Below, piece after piece: positions 11,701 to 23,339 of a stretch of DNA of 64,000 nucleotides. Both the position numbers and the translations under genes were made by a program. The stretch's first letter is position 1. Every line of letters begins with the position of its first letter. The notes under the pieces were generated by a model. The model did no database searches. It was given only the letters and a program-made list of their open reading frames with translations, and was not told the DNA's origin. Source of the stretch: Felis catus (taxonomy: Eukaryota); NCBI RefSeq assembly GCF_018350175.1, contig NC_058383.1:23314001-23378000 (forward strand). The letters are read 5' to 3'.

Positions 11701-11923
11701 GGGGCACCTGAGTGGCTCAGTTGGTTAAGTGTCTGATTTTGGCTCAGGTACTGATCTCACAGTTTGTGAGTCTGAGTCCCACATCAGGCTCTGTGCTGAC
11801 AGCTCAGAGCCTGGAGCCTACTTCAGATTATGTGTCTCCCTCTCTCTCTGCCCCACCCCCTCATGCTCCGCCTCTCCATCTCTCTCTCTCAAAAGTAAAT
11901 AAACATATAAAAAAATTAAAATA
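11701..11923 (+). mobile_element. CAN-SINE whose A-tail is the L1 insertion site
   Basis: Canonical SINEC_Fc body; the left flank aaaaaatattctgt is matched only after the L1 (aaaatatattttgt, 19558-19571). Confidence 0.95.
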
Positions 11924-12310
11924 GGGTGGAGCACCATGGAGACCCTGAGCTTGTCTCATCCTTGAAACACAGCTAGATCAGCACCAGACCATTTTGAACA
12001 TTCTAGAAAGTTGATCTGAGATTTAACACAACATCTGCATAACTTGAGCCATAGAACTCAGCAGGAAGGCAGTGCAGAGAGATGAGCTGGGGAATAGAAA
12101 AGCTGCAGCAGGTAGGGAGCTCTTTTTGCAAAGAGAGGACAGAGAGAAAGAAGGAATGTGTGGCATATCGGGAGCGCAAGAAAAGCACTCCTGTTAAAGT
12201 AGCTAGAGAGAGAGAAAAAAAAGAGTGAAAACAGGGGAACTGAACAAGAAATCTGTTTCCCAAAACCATTGACAGGAAGAAAGGAGAGAGTTTCAATACC
12301 ACCAGGATTC

Positions 12311-12537
12311 TTTTTTTTTTTTTTTAATTTTTTTTTTCAACGTTTATTTATTTTTTGGGGGACAGAGAGAGACAGAGCATGAACGGGGGAGGGGCAGAGA
12401 GAGACACAGAATCGGAAACAGGCTCCAGGCTCTGAGCCATCAGCCCAGAGCCTGATGCGGGGCTCGAACTCACGGACCGCGAGATCGTGACCTGGCTGAA
12501 GCCAGACGCTTAACCGACTGCGCCACCCAGGCGCCCC
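12311..12537 (-). mobile_element. Young-type SINEC_Fc inside the L1 5'UTR
   Basis: Reverse complement reads ggggcgcctgggtggcgcagtcggttaagcg...cagccaggtcacgatctcgcggtccgtgag; TSD ccaccaggattct on both sides. Confidence 0.97.
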
Positions 12538-13771
12538 AGCCACCAGGATTCTATAAACAGTGGAGTGCAGAGTGAAATTTCAGCGCTCAATGCCTGATGG
12601 TTCTCTGGTGAGGAAGCAGGGCAACTCCCCAGGAGCAGGCAGTGGGGTATGAGGGGTCTGTGTGCCACATGGGGAGAAGTAGTTCCCCTGCTTGAAGTGC
12701 ATTTGGTAGAGGCCATATGGCCCCCCCACAGGCAAAGGTCCCAGGGGACCCTGGAGAACAGCCATGTTTGCAGGTATTGGGACAGTGACACCAGAGTGCA
12801 GCAAAACCTGATGTTGGCTGTGTGTTGGGATTTGCCACAATCTCTGAACCTCTGCTGCTGCACGATCACATGAAAGTTTTCTGGGGCAAGCCAGCACCCA
12901 GCCATTCTCAGCAAGACCGTCCTCCAGAAAGTTGGCCCAGGTCCAACCCACTGGGGTCTCTGGTATGGGGTTTTGGAACACAATCCCATCTGAGATAAAA
13001 CTCTAGAGGCAGGTGCAGCCTGGCAGGTGGACAGCTTGGACACAAGGTAGAGGCAGGGAGTGGATGGAGGCCTGAGACAAAGGAAGGGTGCTTGATTGTG
13101 GGTCGGTTAGTGCACGAAGTTCCTGCGTCAGAGACTAGGGAGCTGGATAAAACCATTTCCACCTAGCTAAGAAACGCCACATAGTGGAGAACAAAGCCAT
13201 TACACCAAGCCCCACCCAACTGCCCCTCCAAGAACATCCCCTAGAAGACCAGCACAAGTCACTCCACCCACTTAGTGTAAGGACTATAGAGGGTGCTTCA
13301 TAGTTTCAGTTCTAGGGGAAACTGGATATAGCTTCATTAGGGTTTCATTCTGTTTGCTGGTTCACTTATTTATGTTCTTTGCTTCTGTTTTTGCTTAAAT
13401 TGTTTTCTTTTTCTTTTTTTCCCTTTCTTTTCTTCCTCATTCTTGGATACAGAAGGAGGAAAACTTATTTTTGTTTTTATATATTTTTTACTTTATTTTG
13501 TATCTTAAAAGTTTTTTTATTCTATTTCATTTTATTTCATTTTATTCTATCTTATTATATATTTTTTAAATTTTTAAATTTTTTTCTTACTTTTTTTCCC
13601 CCTTCTCTTCCCATTTTTTCTCTATTCTATCAAGATTCCTTCAACAAGCAGACCAAAATACACCTAGGACATAGCTTCCTTTACTTGATTTTTTTGTTTT
13701 GTTTTTAACTTTTTAATATTAATTTTTTATTTTATTAAGTTTTTCTTCCTTTCTTTGTCATTTTTGACAAA

Positions 13772-14863
13772 ATGAAGGAATTAACCCCTAAAGAAAGAAC
13801 AGGAAGAAATGACAGCCAGGGGCTTAATCAACACAGTATAAGCAAGATATCTGAAATAGAATATAGAACCATGATAATAAGAATACTAGCTGGGGTTAAA
13901 AAAAGAATAGAATCCCTTTCTGTGCAGATAAGAGAGGTAAAATCTAGTCAGGACGAAATTAAAAATGCTAAAACCGAGATGCAATCTCAAGAATGCCACA
14001 ACAGCAAGGATGGATGAAGCAGAGTAGTGAATCAGCGATTTAGAAGATAAAATATGGAGACTAATGAAGCAGAAAAAAAGGACACAAAGGCAAAGATCAC
14101 AATACAAGACTTAGAGAACTCAGTGACTTATTAAAAAGGAATAACATTCAAGTCATAGGATTCCCAGAAGATGGAGAGAAAAAAAGGGCAGAAGGTTTAT
14201 GTGAGAAAATTATAGCAGAAAACTTTCCTCATCTGGGGAAGGACACAGACATGAAAATCCAAGAAACACAGAGAACACCCATTAGACTCAACAAAAAATG
14301 ACCGACCATCACCAAGGCACATTACAGTCAAATTCACAAAATACACAGACAAGGAAAGAATTATGAAAGCAGCAAGGGAAAAAGTCCTTTAAATTTTTTT
14401 TAACATTTTTTTAAAATTTATTTTTGAGACAGGGAGAGACAGAGCATGAATAGGGGAGGGTCAGAGAGAGGGAGACACAGAATCTGAAACAGGCTCCAGG
14501 CTCCGAGCTGTCAGCACAGAGCCCGACGCGGGGCTTGAACTCACGGACTGCGAGATCATGACCTGAGCCGAAGTCGGCCGCTCAACTGACTGAGCCACCC
14601 AGGCGCCCCAAGTACTTTAGCTATAAGGGAAGACAGACCAGGTTCACAGCAGACCTATCCACAGAAACTTGGCATGTTAGAAAGGAGTGGCAGGATATAT
14701 TCAACATGCTGAATCAGAAAAACATGCAGCCATAATTCTTTATCCAGCAAGACTGTCACTCAAAATAGAAGGAGAGATAAAAAGTGTCCCAGACAAACAA
14801 AAACTAAAGGAGTTCATGACCACTAAACCAGCCCTGCAAGAAACTTTAAGGGGGACTCTTTGA
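13772..14863 (+). pseudogene. L1 ORF1 remnant (frameshifts, stops, SINE insertion)
   Basis: Coiled-coil-like 'ISKISEIEYRTMIIRILAG' and C-terminal 'KLKEFMTTKPALQETLRGTL*' ending at tga 14861-14863. Confidence 0.85.
14391..14609 (-). mobile_element. SINEC_Fc inside L1 ORF1
   Basis: Antisense SINE; TSD aagtccttta/aagtacttta. Confidence 0.97.
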
Positions 14864-14960
14864 GTGGAGAAAAGAAAACAAAATAAACAAGACCAAAAGC
14901 AACAAAGACTATAAAGGACCACAGAACATCACCAGACACATCAACTCAAAAGGCAACATA

Positions 14961-17900
14961 ATGGCGTCAAATTCATGTCTTTCAGTACTCACTCTAAATG
15001 TCAATGGACTAAACGCTCCAATCAAAAGACATAGGGTATCAGAATGGATAAGAAAACAAGACCCATCTATATGCTGCTCACAAGAGACTCATTTTAGACC
15101 TAAAGACACCTGCAGATTGAAAGTAAGGGGATGGAGAACCATCTATCATGCTAATGGTCGTCAAAAGAAAGCTGGAGTAGCCCTACTTGTATCAAACAAA
15201 CTAGATTTTAAAATAAAGACTGTAACAAGAGATTAAGAAAGGCATTATATTGTAATTAAAGGGGCTATCCACCAAGAAGATCTAACAATTGTAAACATTT
15301 ATGCTCCCAACATGAGATACCCAAATATATAAATCAATTAATCACAAACATAAAGAAACTCATTGACAATAATACCGTAAGAGTAGGGGACCTCAACACC
15401 CCACTTCAAACAATGGAAAGATTATCTAAGCAGAAAATCAACAAGGAAACAATGGTTTTGAATGACACACTGAACCAGATGGACTTAACAGATCTGTTCA
15501 GAACATTTCATCCTAAAGCAGCAGAATACACATTCTTCTCGAGTGCACATGGAACATTCTCCAGAATAGATCACATACTGGGTCACAAATCAGCCCTCAA
15601 CAAGTACAAAAAGACTGAGATCATACCTTGCATATTTTCAGACTACAATGCTATGAAACTCGAAACCAACCAGAAGAAAAAAATCGGAAAGATCATGAAT
15701 ACTTGGAGATTAAAGAACATCCTACTAAAGAATGAATGGGTTAACCAAGAAATTAAGAGGAAATTAAAAAGTACATGGAAGCCAATGAAGATGAAAACAC
15801 AACAGCCCAAAACCTCTGGGATGCAGCAAAGGCGGTCACAAGAGGGAACTATATAGCAATCCAGGCCTTCCTAAAGAGAGAATAAAGGTCTCAAATACAC
15901 AACATAACCTTATACCTAAAAGAGCTGCAAAAAGAACAGCAAATAAAGCCCCAAAACAGCAGAAGGAAAATAGTAAACATTAGAGCAGAAATCAATGACG
16001 ATGAAATAAAAAACAAAAACAAAAAAACAGTAGAACCAATCAATGAAACCAGGAGCTGTTTCTTTCAAAAAATTAACAAAATTGATAAACTCCTTTCCAG
16101 ATTAATCAAAAAGAAAAGGTAAAGAACCCAAATAAATAAAATCACAAATTAAAGAGGAGAGATCACAACCAACACTGCAGAAATACAAACAATAAGAGAA
16201 TATTATGAGCAATTATATGACAACAAACTGGGCGGTCTGGAAGAAATGGGCAAATTCCTAGAAACATATAAAGTACCAAAACTGAAACAGGAAGAAATAG
16301 AAAATTTGAACAGACCCATAAACAGTAAAGAATTTGAATCAGTAATCAAAAATCTCCCAACAAACAAGAATCCAGGGCTGATGGCTTTCCAGGGGAATTC
16401 TACCAAACATTTAAAGAAGAGTTAACACCTATTCTTTTGAAACTGTTCCAAAAAAATACAAATGGAAGGAAAACTTCCAAACTCAGGCTATGAGGCCTGC
16501 ATTACCTTGATTCCAAAACCAGACAAAGACCCCGCTAAAAAGGATAACTACAGACCAATTTCCCTGATGAACACGGATGCAAAAATTCCCCATAAGATAC
16601 TAGCAAACCAGATCTAACATTAGATTAAAAGAATTATTCCCGGGGTGCCTGGGTGGCTCAGTCGGTTAAGCGTCTGACTTTGACTCAGGTCATGATCTCA
16701 TGGTTTGTGAGTTCGAGCCCCACGTCGGGCTCTGTGCTGACAGCTCGGAGCCTAGAGCCTGCTTCGGATTCTGTGTCTCCCTCTCTCTCTGCCCCTCCCC
16801 TGCTCATGCTCTGTCTCTCTCTGTCTCAAAAATAAATAAAACATTTAAAAAAATTTAAAAGAATTATTCCCCATGATCAACTGGGATTTATTCCTGGGAT
16901 GCAGGACTGGTTTAACATCTGCAAATCAATCAGTGTGATACATCACATTAATAAAAGAAAGGATAAGAACCACATGATCCACTCAATAGATGCTGAAAAA
17001 GCATTTGACAAAATACAGCACCCTTTCTTGATAAAAACCCTCAAGAAAGGAGGAGTAGAAGGATCATACCTCAAGATCATAAAAGCCATATATGAAAGAC
17101 CCACTGCTAATATCATCTTCAATGGGGAAAAAGTGAAAGCTTTCCCCCTAAGGTCAGGAACATGACAAGGATGTTCATTCTCATCACTGTTATTCAACAT
17201 AGTGTTGGAAGTCCTAGCCTCAGCGATCAGACAACACAAAGAAATAAAAGGCATCCAAAGTGGCAAGGGGAAAGAAAGACAAACTTTCACTCTTCACAGA
17301 CAACATGATACTCTATGTGGAAAACCCAAGAGACTCAAAAAAACAAAAAACCAGAAACCAAAACAACAACAACAACAAAAAACCCTGCTAGAACTGATAC
17401 ACGAATTCAGCAAAGTTGCAGGATATAAAATCAATGTACAGAAATTGGTTGCATTTCTAACACCAATAATGAAGCAGCAGAAAGAGAAATCAAGGAATCG
17501 ATCCCATTTACAATTGCATCAAAACCCGTAAAATACCTGGGAATAAACCTAACCAAAAAGGTGAAAATTCTATACACTGAAAACTATAGAAAGCCTATAA
17601 AAGAAACTGCAGGCAAAAAAATGGAAAAATATTCCATGCTCATGGATTGGAAGAACAAATATCGTTAAAATGTCTATACTACCCAAAGCAATCTACATAT
17701 TCAATGCAATCCCTATCAAAATAACAACAGCATTCTTCACAGAGCTAGAAGAAACAATTCTAAAATTTGTATGGTACCAGAAGAGACCCCAAACCGCCAA
17801 AGCAATGTTGAAAAAGAAAACCAAAGCTGGAGGCATCACAATTCTGGACTTCAAATTATATTATAAAGCTGTAATCATCAAGATAGTATGGTTCTGGCAC

Positions 17901-19045
17901 AAAAACAGACACATCGATCAATGGAACAGAATAGAGAACCCAGAAATGGACCCACAAACATATGGCCAACTAATCTTTGACAAAGTAGAAGACAACATCC
18001 AATGGAAAAAAGACAGGCACGTCAGCAAATGATGCTGGGAAAACTGGACAGCGACATGCAGAAGAATGAACCTGGACCACTTTCTTACACCACACACAAA
18101 AATAAACTCACAATGGATGAAAGACCTAAACATAAGATAGGAAGCCATCAAAATCCTGGAGGAGAAAACAGGCAACAACCTCTTTGACCTCAGCTGCAGC
18201 AACTTCTTACTCAACACGTCTCTGGAGGCAAGGGAAACCAAAGCAGAAATGAACTACTGAGACTTCATCAAGATAAAAAGCTTCTGCACAGCGAGGGAAA
18301 CAATCAGCAAAACTAAAAGGCAGCTGACAGAATGGGAGAGGATATTTACAAATGACATATCAGATAAAGGGTTAGTATCCAAAATCTATAAAGAACTTAT
18401 CAAACTCAACAACCCCCAACAAACAAATAATCCATTGAGGAAAAGGGCAAAAGACATGAAGAGACACTTTTCTAAATAAGACATCGAGATGGCTGACAGA
18501 CATGTGAAAAAAATGCTCAACATCACCCATCATAAGGAAATACAAATCAAAATCACAATAAGATACCACCTCACACCTGTCAGAATGGTTAAAATGAACA
18601 ATTCAGGCAACAACAGATGTTGGCGAGGATGCAAGAAAGGGGAACCCTTTTGCACTGTTGGTGGGAATGCAGCCACTCTGGAAAACAGTATGGATGTTCC
18701 TCAAAAAAATAAAAAATAGAACTACCCTACGACCCAGTAGTTGCACTACTAGGTATTTATCCAAAGGATACAGGAATGGTGTTTCGAAGGGGCACATGCA
18801 GCCCAATATTTATAGCAGCACTATCAACAATAGCCAAAGAATGGAAAGAGCCCAAATATCCATCAATGGATGAATGGATAAAGAAGATGTGGTATATATA
18901 TACAATGGAATACTACTCGGTGATGAAAAAGAATGAAATCTTGCCATTTGCAACAACATGGATGGGACTAGGGTGTATTATGCTAAGCAAAATAAGTCAG
19001 TTAGAGATAGAAAAATATCATATGATTTCACTCATGTGGAATTTA
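14961..19045 (+). pseudogene. L1 ORF2 remnant (endonuclease-reverse transcriptase), disrupted
   Basis: Fragmented ORFs at 14961, 15413, 16899, 17202, 17670, 18489 and 18776 each translate to L1 ORF2p segments; multiple stops and frameshifts. Confidence 0.95.
16642..16856 (+). mobile_element. SINEC_Fc inside L1 ORF2 (RT domain)
   Basis: Perfect TSD aaaagaattattccc on both sides. Confidence 0.97.
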
Positions 19046-19097
19046 AGATACAACACAGATGAACATAAGGAAGGGAAGCAAAAATACTCTGAAAACA

Positions 19098-19318
19098 GGG
19101 GCGCCTGGATGGCTCAGTCGGTTAAGTGTTCGACTTCAGCTCAGGTTATGATCTCACGCTCCATGAGTTTGAGCCCCTCATCGGGCTCTGTGCTGACATC
19201 TCAGAGCCTGGACCCTGCTTCAGATTCTGTGTCTCCCTCTCTCTCTGCCCCTTTCCTGCTTGTACTCTGTCTCTCTCTCTCTCTCAAAAATAAATAAACA
19301 TTAAAAAAATTTTTTTAA
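19098..19318 (+). mobile_element. SINEC_Fc inside the L1 3'UTR
   Basis: Canonical body; degenerate TSD ending aaaacag. Confidence 0.97.
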
Positions 19319-20003
19319 TAATAATATAAAAACAGAGGGAGACAAACCATTAGAGACTCTTAAATACAGAGAACAAACTGAGGGTTGCTGGTGGGGTGTT
19401 GGCTGATGGGATGGGCTAAATGGGGGATGGGCATTAAGGAAGACACTTGTTGGGATGAGGCCTGGGTCTTATATGTAAGTGATGAACCACTAAATTCTAT
19501 TCCTGAAACTGTGATTACACTACATGTTAACCAACTTGGATTTAAATTCTAAAATTTAAAATATATTTTGTTTTTCCTTTTGTGTTTGTGTTTGTTTTTG
19601 AAGATAATTATTTTCCCGGTTGGATGCTTGCAGCCTAATTTCTTTACCTTCAAAACATAAGAGACATTTTTAGATCGTCTCTAGTGGCATGTCTTCTTCC
19701 ATTAATGTTATTTTTTTTTCCTGAAAAACTAATGAATTTTTTCACTTAAGAACAGGAAGTTTTTGCTTATTATGTCTTTCATAATTCTAAACCTGCTGTA
19801 CAGCTGTTTCCCTGCCCTCTTTTATATTTTACTTCTGCTAGCTATGCTTTTTCCAATGCTGAAGAAGAACACATAAATCTCATGAATGAAGATCCTTGGC
19901 CAGACCAATGGTTGCCCCCAACAATCACGGGACACCTTTTAAGTATCTGGCTCAACTTCCTTTATAGGGTTGTTGTGACCGAAACATGAAAATGTCCAAT
20001 TGT

Positions 20004-20119
20004 GGGGCACCTGGCTGGCTCAGTGGGAAGAGCATGTGACTCTTGATCTCAGGGTCATGGGTTCGAGACCCACTTTGGGTGTAAAGATTACTAAAAATAA
20101 ATAAACTTTCAAAAAAAAA
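20004..20119 (+). mobile_element. Short, older CAN-SINE (no CT tract)
   Basis: ggggcacctggctggctcagtgggaagagcatgtgactcttgatctcagggtcatgggttcgag...gtaaagattact plus A tail; TSD-like aaaatgtccaatt/aaaaagtccatt. Confidence 0.9.
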
Positions 20120-21602
20120 GTCCATTCGGAGATACACACAGCCCCATCCTCAAGGAGCAGAGGAGCCAAAGGGATATAGTCTGGAAACAGCAAATAAGAT
20201 TAGAGGTAATATTCTGGCCTTGATGTCTTTGTCAGGTTCTAAGCAGAATAGATCAAAGTTTGTCTTTATTTCCACAGCCAAAAAAAAAAAAAGAGGCCTC
20301 AGGCCAAAAAATGTCACTGCTAATTCAATTTTCTTTTTCTAATGTGTATGTCACTCAGCACCTTTTGATTTTGTGGCCATCCGCCTGCTGCCGTATTTTC
20401 TAATCCTGTTAGAAATGAACTTCATGGCCAGTTGCTTTGGTCTTCTAGAGGCACACGTGAGACCCTATGGATTGCCTCACCACCCAGCAGGGATTTCAGT
20501 TATGAAGTTTTGGATTACAGGTGTCCTATAAGCTTAGCAGGGAAAAACAGCCATTCATTAAAGCCTCTTCCAAAGGTTTTACCTGCTTTTTCCCTTTCCC
20601 GCCTTTTTTTTTTCTGAATAAAACAAGGAACTTGGGGGTGGGAGAAGTGATACGTCAAGTGTTTCTTAATTGCAAAAGTTAATTCCACAGGGCGAAATCA
20701 GGGTTCATTCTACAATGCCCAAAATTCAGGCAGAGTCATGGTTGAAATAGTACAGAGCCTTTTAAGGTTGGTAAAAAATCATTAAACATATAAAGCTTCC
20801 AGAATCTGTAATCCAAGTCTATAAACAGATTTCCATACACTGATGTGGAGAAAATACAATTATCATTCATCACGGGTCTGTTATTGTCAGAGGATCTGAG
20901 CTGAGGCCAGGCTGGCAGCTGAACTCGTGCGTTTCCCACCACACCCCAAATGAAGCCCAAACTGACAGGGACATGAGACAGACCCTGAATAATTCAGGTC
21001 TCCAATCACCCCCTGAGCTCCCTCTCTGTGCGTATCATTCTCCATAGATCTGGGTGGTTTTGTGCACATCTACGGGTTTGGATCAGGAAATTACCTCTAT
21101 TGATTTTGTCGGAGTGTGTGATATAAATTTACACTCTGTCTCCCTGCCCCCAAGCTAAATGCCAGCAAGAGTCCCCTTCCAACAGCCAAGAACACTGGCC
21201 ATTCAGCTGGCCCTGTGGTTTGAGAGCTCGTGCGGGATAAGCCATGCTCTGAAGATATTTTTAGTGTGGTCATTTTAATTTTTAGATTTTTACTCATGGA
21301 TTGTTTCAAGCATACAGTATTAAAAAAAAACAACAACAGACATCTATGTACCCAGAGCCCAAACTGTACAGTTTGTTCACATTTTCCCAGATTTGCCCCC
21401 AAATATGTATGCATTATTTGCACACAGAACGTCACAGGTAAAACAAAAGACATCCCCCTTCCCAAAGGTACATGCTCCACCCAGTTCTCCCAGCCTCTTT
21501 GTTTCCAGATGGAAACAAATCTTGAAGCTCCTGTGTATCCTTCCCATGAATGTTTCATTGCTTCCACTGCATATAGATGTATCTTTAAATTTATATCAGA
21601 GA

Positions 21603-21813
21603 GGGGCGCCTGGGTAGCTCAAGTCAGTTGAGCATATGACTTGGTTCAGGTCATGACCACATGGTTCCCGAGTTCAAGCCCCGCGTTGGGATCTGTGCCG
21701 ACAGCTCAGAGCCTGGAGCCTGCTTCGGATTCTGTGTCTCCCTCTCTCTCTGCCCCTCCCCTGCTCACTTGTCTTTCTCTCTCTCTCAAATATAAATAAA
21801 AACATTTTTAAAA
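21603..21813 (+). mobile_element. SINEC_Fc
   Basis: Canonical body; TSD ttatatcagaga/ttataccagaga. Confidence 0.97.
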
Positions 21814-22664
21814 AATTATACCAGAGAAATTAACACTGTGCTCTCCTTATCTTCAACCTTAGGATTTTGAGATTTCTCAGCACTGAAAAATATAGATTTA
21901 AGTTAGTTTAATTGCAAGATAGGATTCCACTAAGTAGATAAATACAACTTTTTCTTTTTTTTCACTATACTTTAGGCTATTTTCCATTATCACTATTGCC
22001 AACAACTCTACAATGAATGCTCATCTCGACCTCCTTGTGGACAAATGGGTTTCTTTATGGCAGAGTCTGTTCAATTCTTCTTCTTCTTCTTTTTTTAACC
22101 ATGACCTTCAGAAAGCATACACTGACATAGCCACCAACACAGACACAGTTTTTACAAAACCAATACCTCATCTTACTATGGGTAACACACTTAGATATTT
22201 TCTGTTTCTTTTGCATTTGCTTTGAAGCTGTTAGAAACCTTTTGATGCCATGACCCCCTAATGGGTGGCAGCCAGGCCAGGGCATGTGCCCAGAGACATC
22301 TGAGTCTGGGGGCTGCAGGTACTAATTTGTCTAGCTGCTGACAAGTTTCCCCAGACCTGCCAGCAGCCATGCTGGAGGTTCCCGCCACCTCGTACCCACG
22401 CAGATGCTGGTCCTTGTCGGACTTTTCCAAAAATTTTTGCCATACTGATAGGTGTACCAGAATCTCATTTTGCTTCAAATTGCATTTCCCCCATTTCCAC
22501 TGAACTGGACACTTTCCTCTTCCGTATGATTTTTAGAATCAGCATCCACATGTTTTAATAGGAAGTGTTTCTCATTATTGCTTATGCTTAAAATTCTTCT
22601 AATTTCCATCAGATTTCTCCTTTGACATGTGAATTGCTTAAGAGTGTAAGCACTTCCGAAAGGA

Positions 22665-22782
22665 GGGGTGCCTGGCTGGCTCAGTCAGTGGAGCATGTGG
22701 CTCTTAACCTCAGGGTTGTAGGTTCGAGCCCCACATTGGGTGTAGAGATTACTTAAGATCTTTTAAAAATAAAAATTAAATA
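22665..22782 (+). mobile_element. Short, older CAN-SINE (host of the next SINE)
   Basis: Short-type head; outer TSD agtgtaagcacttccgaaagga / agtgtaatcatttcccaaggga (about 23024-23045). Confidence 0.9.
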
Positions 22783-23000
22783 GAGACACCTGGGTGGCTC
22801 AGTGGGTTAAGCAGCTGACTTCAGCTCAAGTCGTGATCTCATGGCATGTGGGTTCGAGCCCCGCATCAGGCTCTGTGCTGGCAGTTCAGAGCCTGGAGCC
22901 TGCTTCTGGTTCTGTGTCTCCCTCTCTCTCTGCCCCTCCCCTGCTTGCTCTCTGTCTCTCTCTCTCTCTCAAATAATAAACATTAAAAATTTTTTTTAAA
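22783..23000 (+). mobile_element. SINEC_Fc nested in the tail of the preceding SINE
   Basis: TSD aaataaaaattaaata on both sides. Confidence 0.95.
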
Positions 23001-23080
23001 TAAATAAAAATTAAATAAAAAGAAGTGTAATCATTTCCCAAGGGAGTGAGAAGCTTTGACTGCTTTTCTGCCCTTCTGTT

Positions 23081-23311
23081 TCTTTTGTTTTAATAAAAAA
23101 AAATTTTTATAACTTTTTGAGAGACAGAGACAGAGACAGAGCGTGGGCAGGGGAGAGGGCAAAGAGAGAGGGAGACACAGAATCCGAAGCAGACTCTAGG
23201 CTCTGAGCTATCAGCACAGAGCCCGATGCAGGGCTCAAACTTGAGAACTGTGAGATCATGACCTGAGCCAAAGTCCAATGCTTAACTTTGACTGAGCCAC
23301 CTGGGCGCCCC
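23081..23311 (-). mobile_element. SINEC_Fc
   Basis: Antisense body; TSD tgcccttctgtt. Confidence 0.97.
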
Positions 23312-23339
23312 TGCCCTTCTGTTGCAATTTTCTGGCACC

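Larger units (their letters stand above)
11924..19550 (+). mobile_element. Near full-length decayed carnivore/felid LINE-1
   Basis: 5'UTR with T-rich tract (about 13380-13760), ORF1 and ORF2 remnants (EN 'TLNVNGLNAPIKRHRVSEWI', RT '[16 protein letters not shown]', C-terminal 'WKEPKYPSMDEWIKKMWYIYTMEYY'), 3'UTR ending 'tacatgttaaccaacttggatttaaat'; TSD aaaaattaaaata (11911-11923) / aaaatttaaaata (19551-19563). Confidence 0.97.

Noticed and set aside
12510..13043. 177-aa and 133-aa antisense ORFs in the L1 5'UTR
   Set aside because: They rely on non-ATG starts, one runs into an inserted SINE, and the element is decayed; no evidence for a conserved ORF0-like product.
14961..19045. Active L1 or functional reverse transcriptase
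   Set aside because: Multiple in-frame stops, frameshifts and a SINE inserted in the RT domain.
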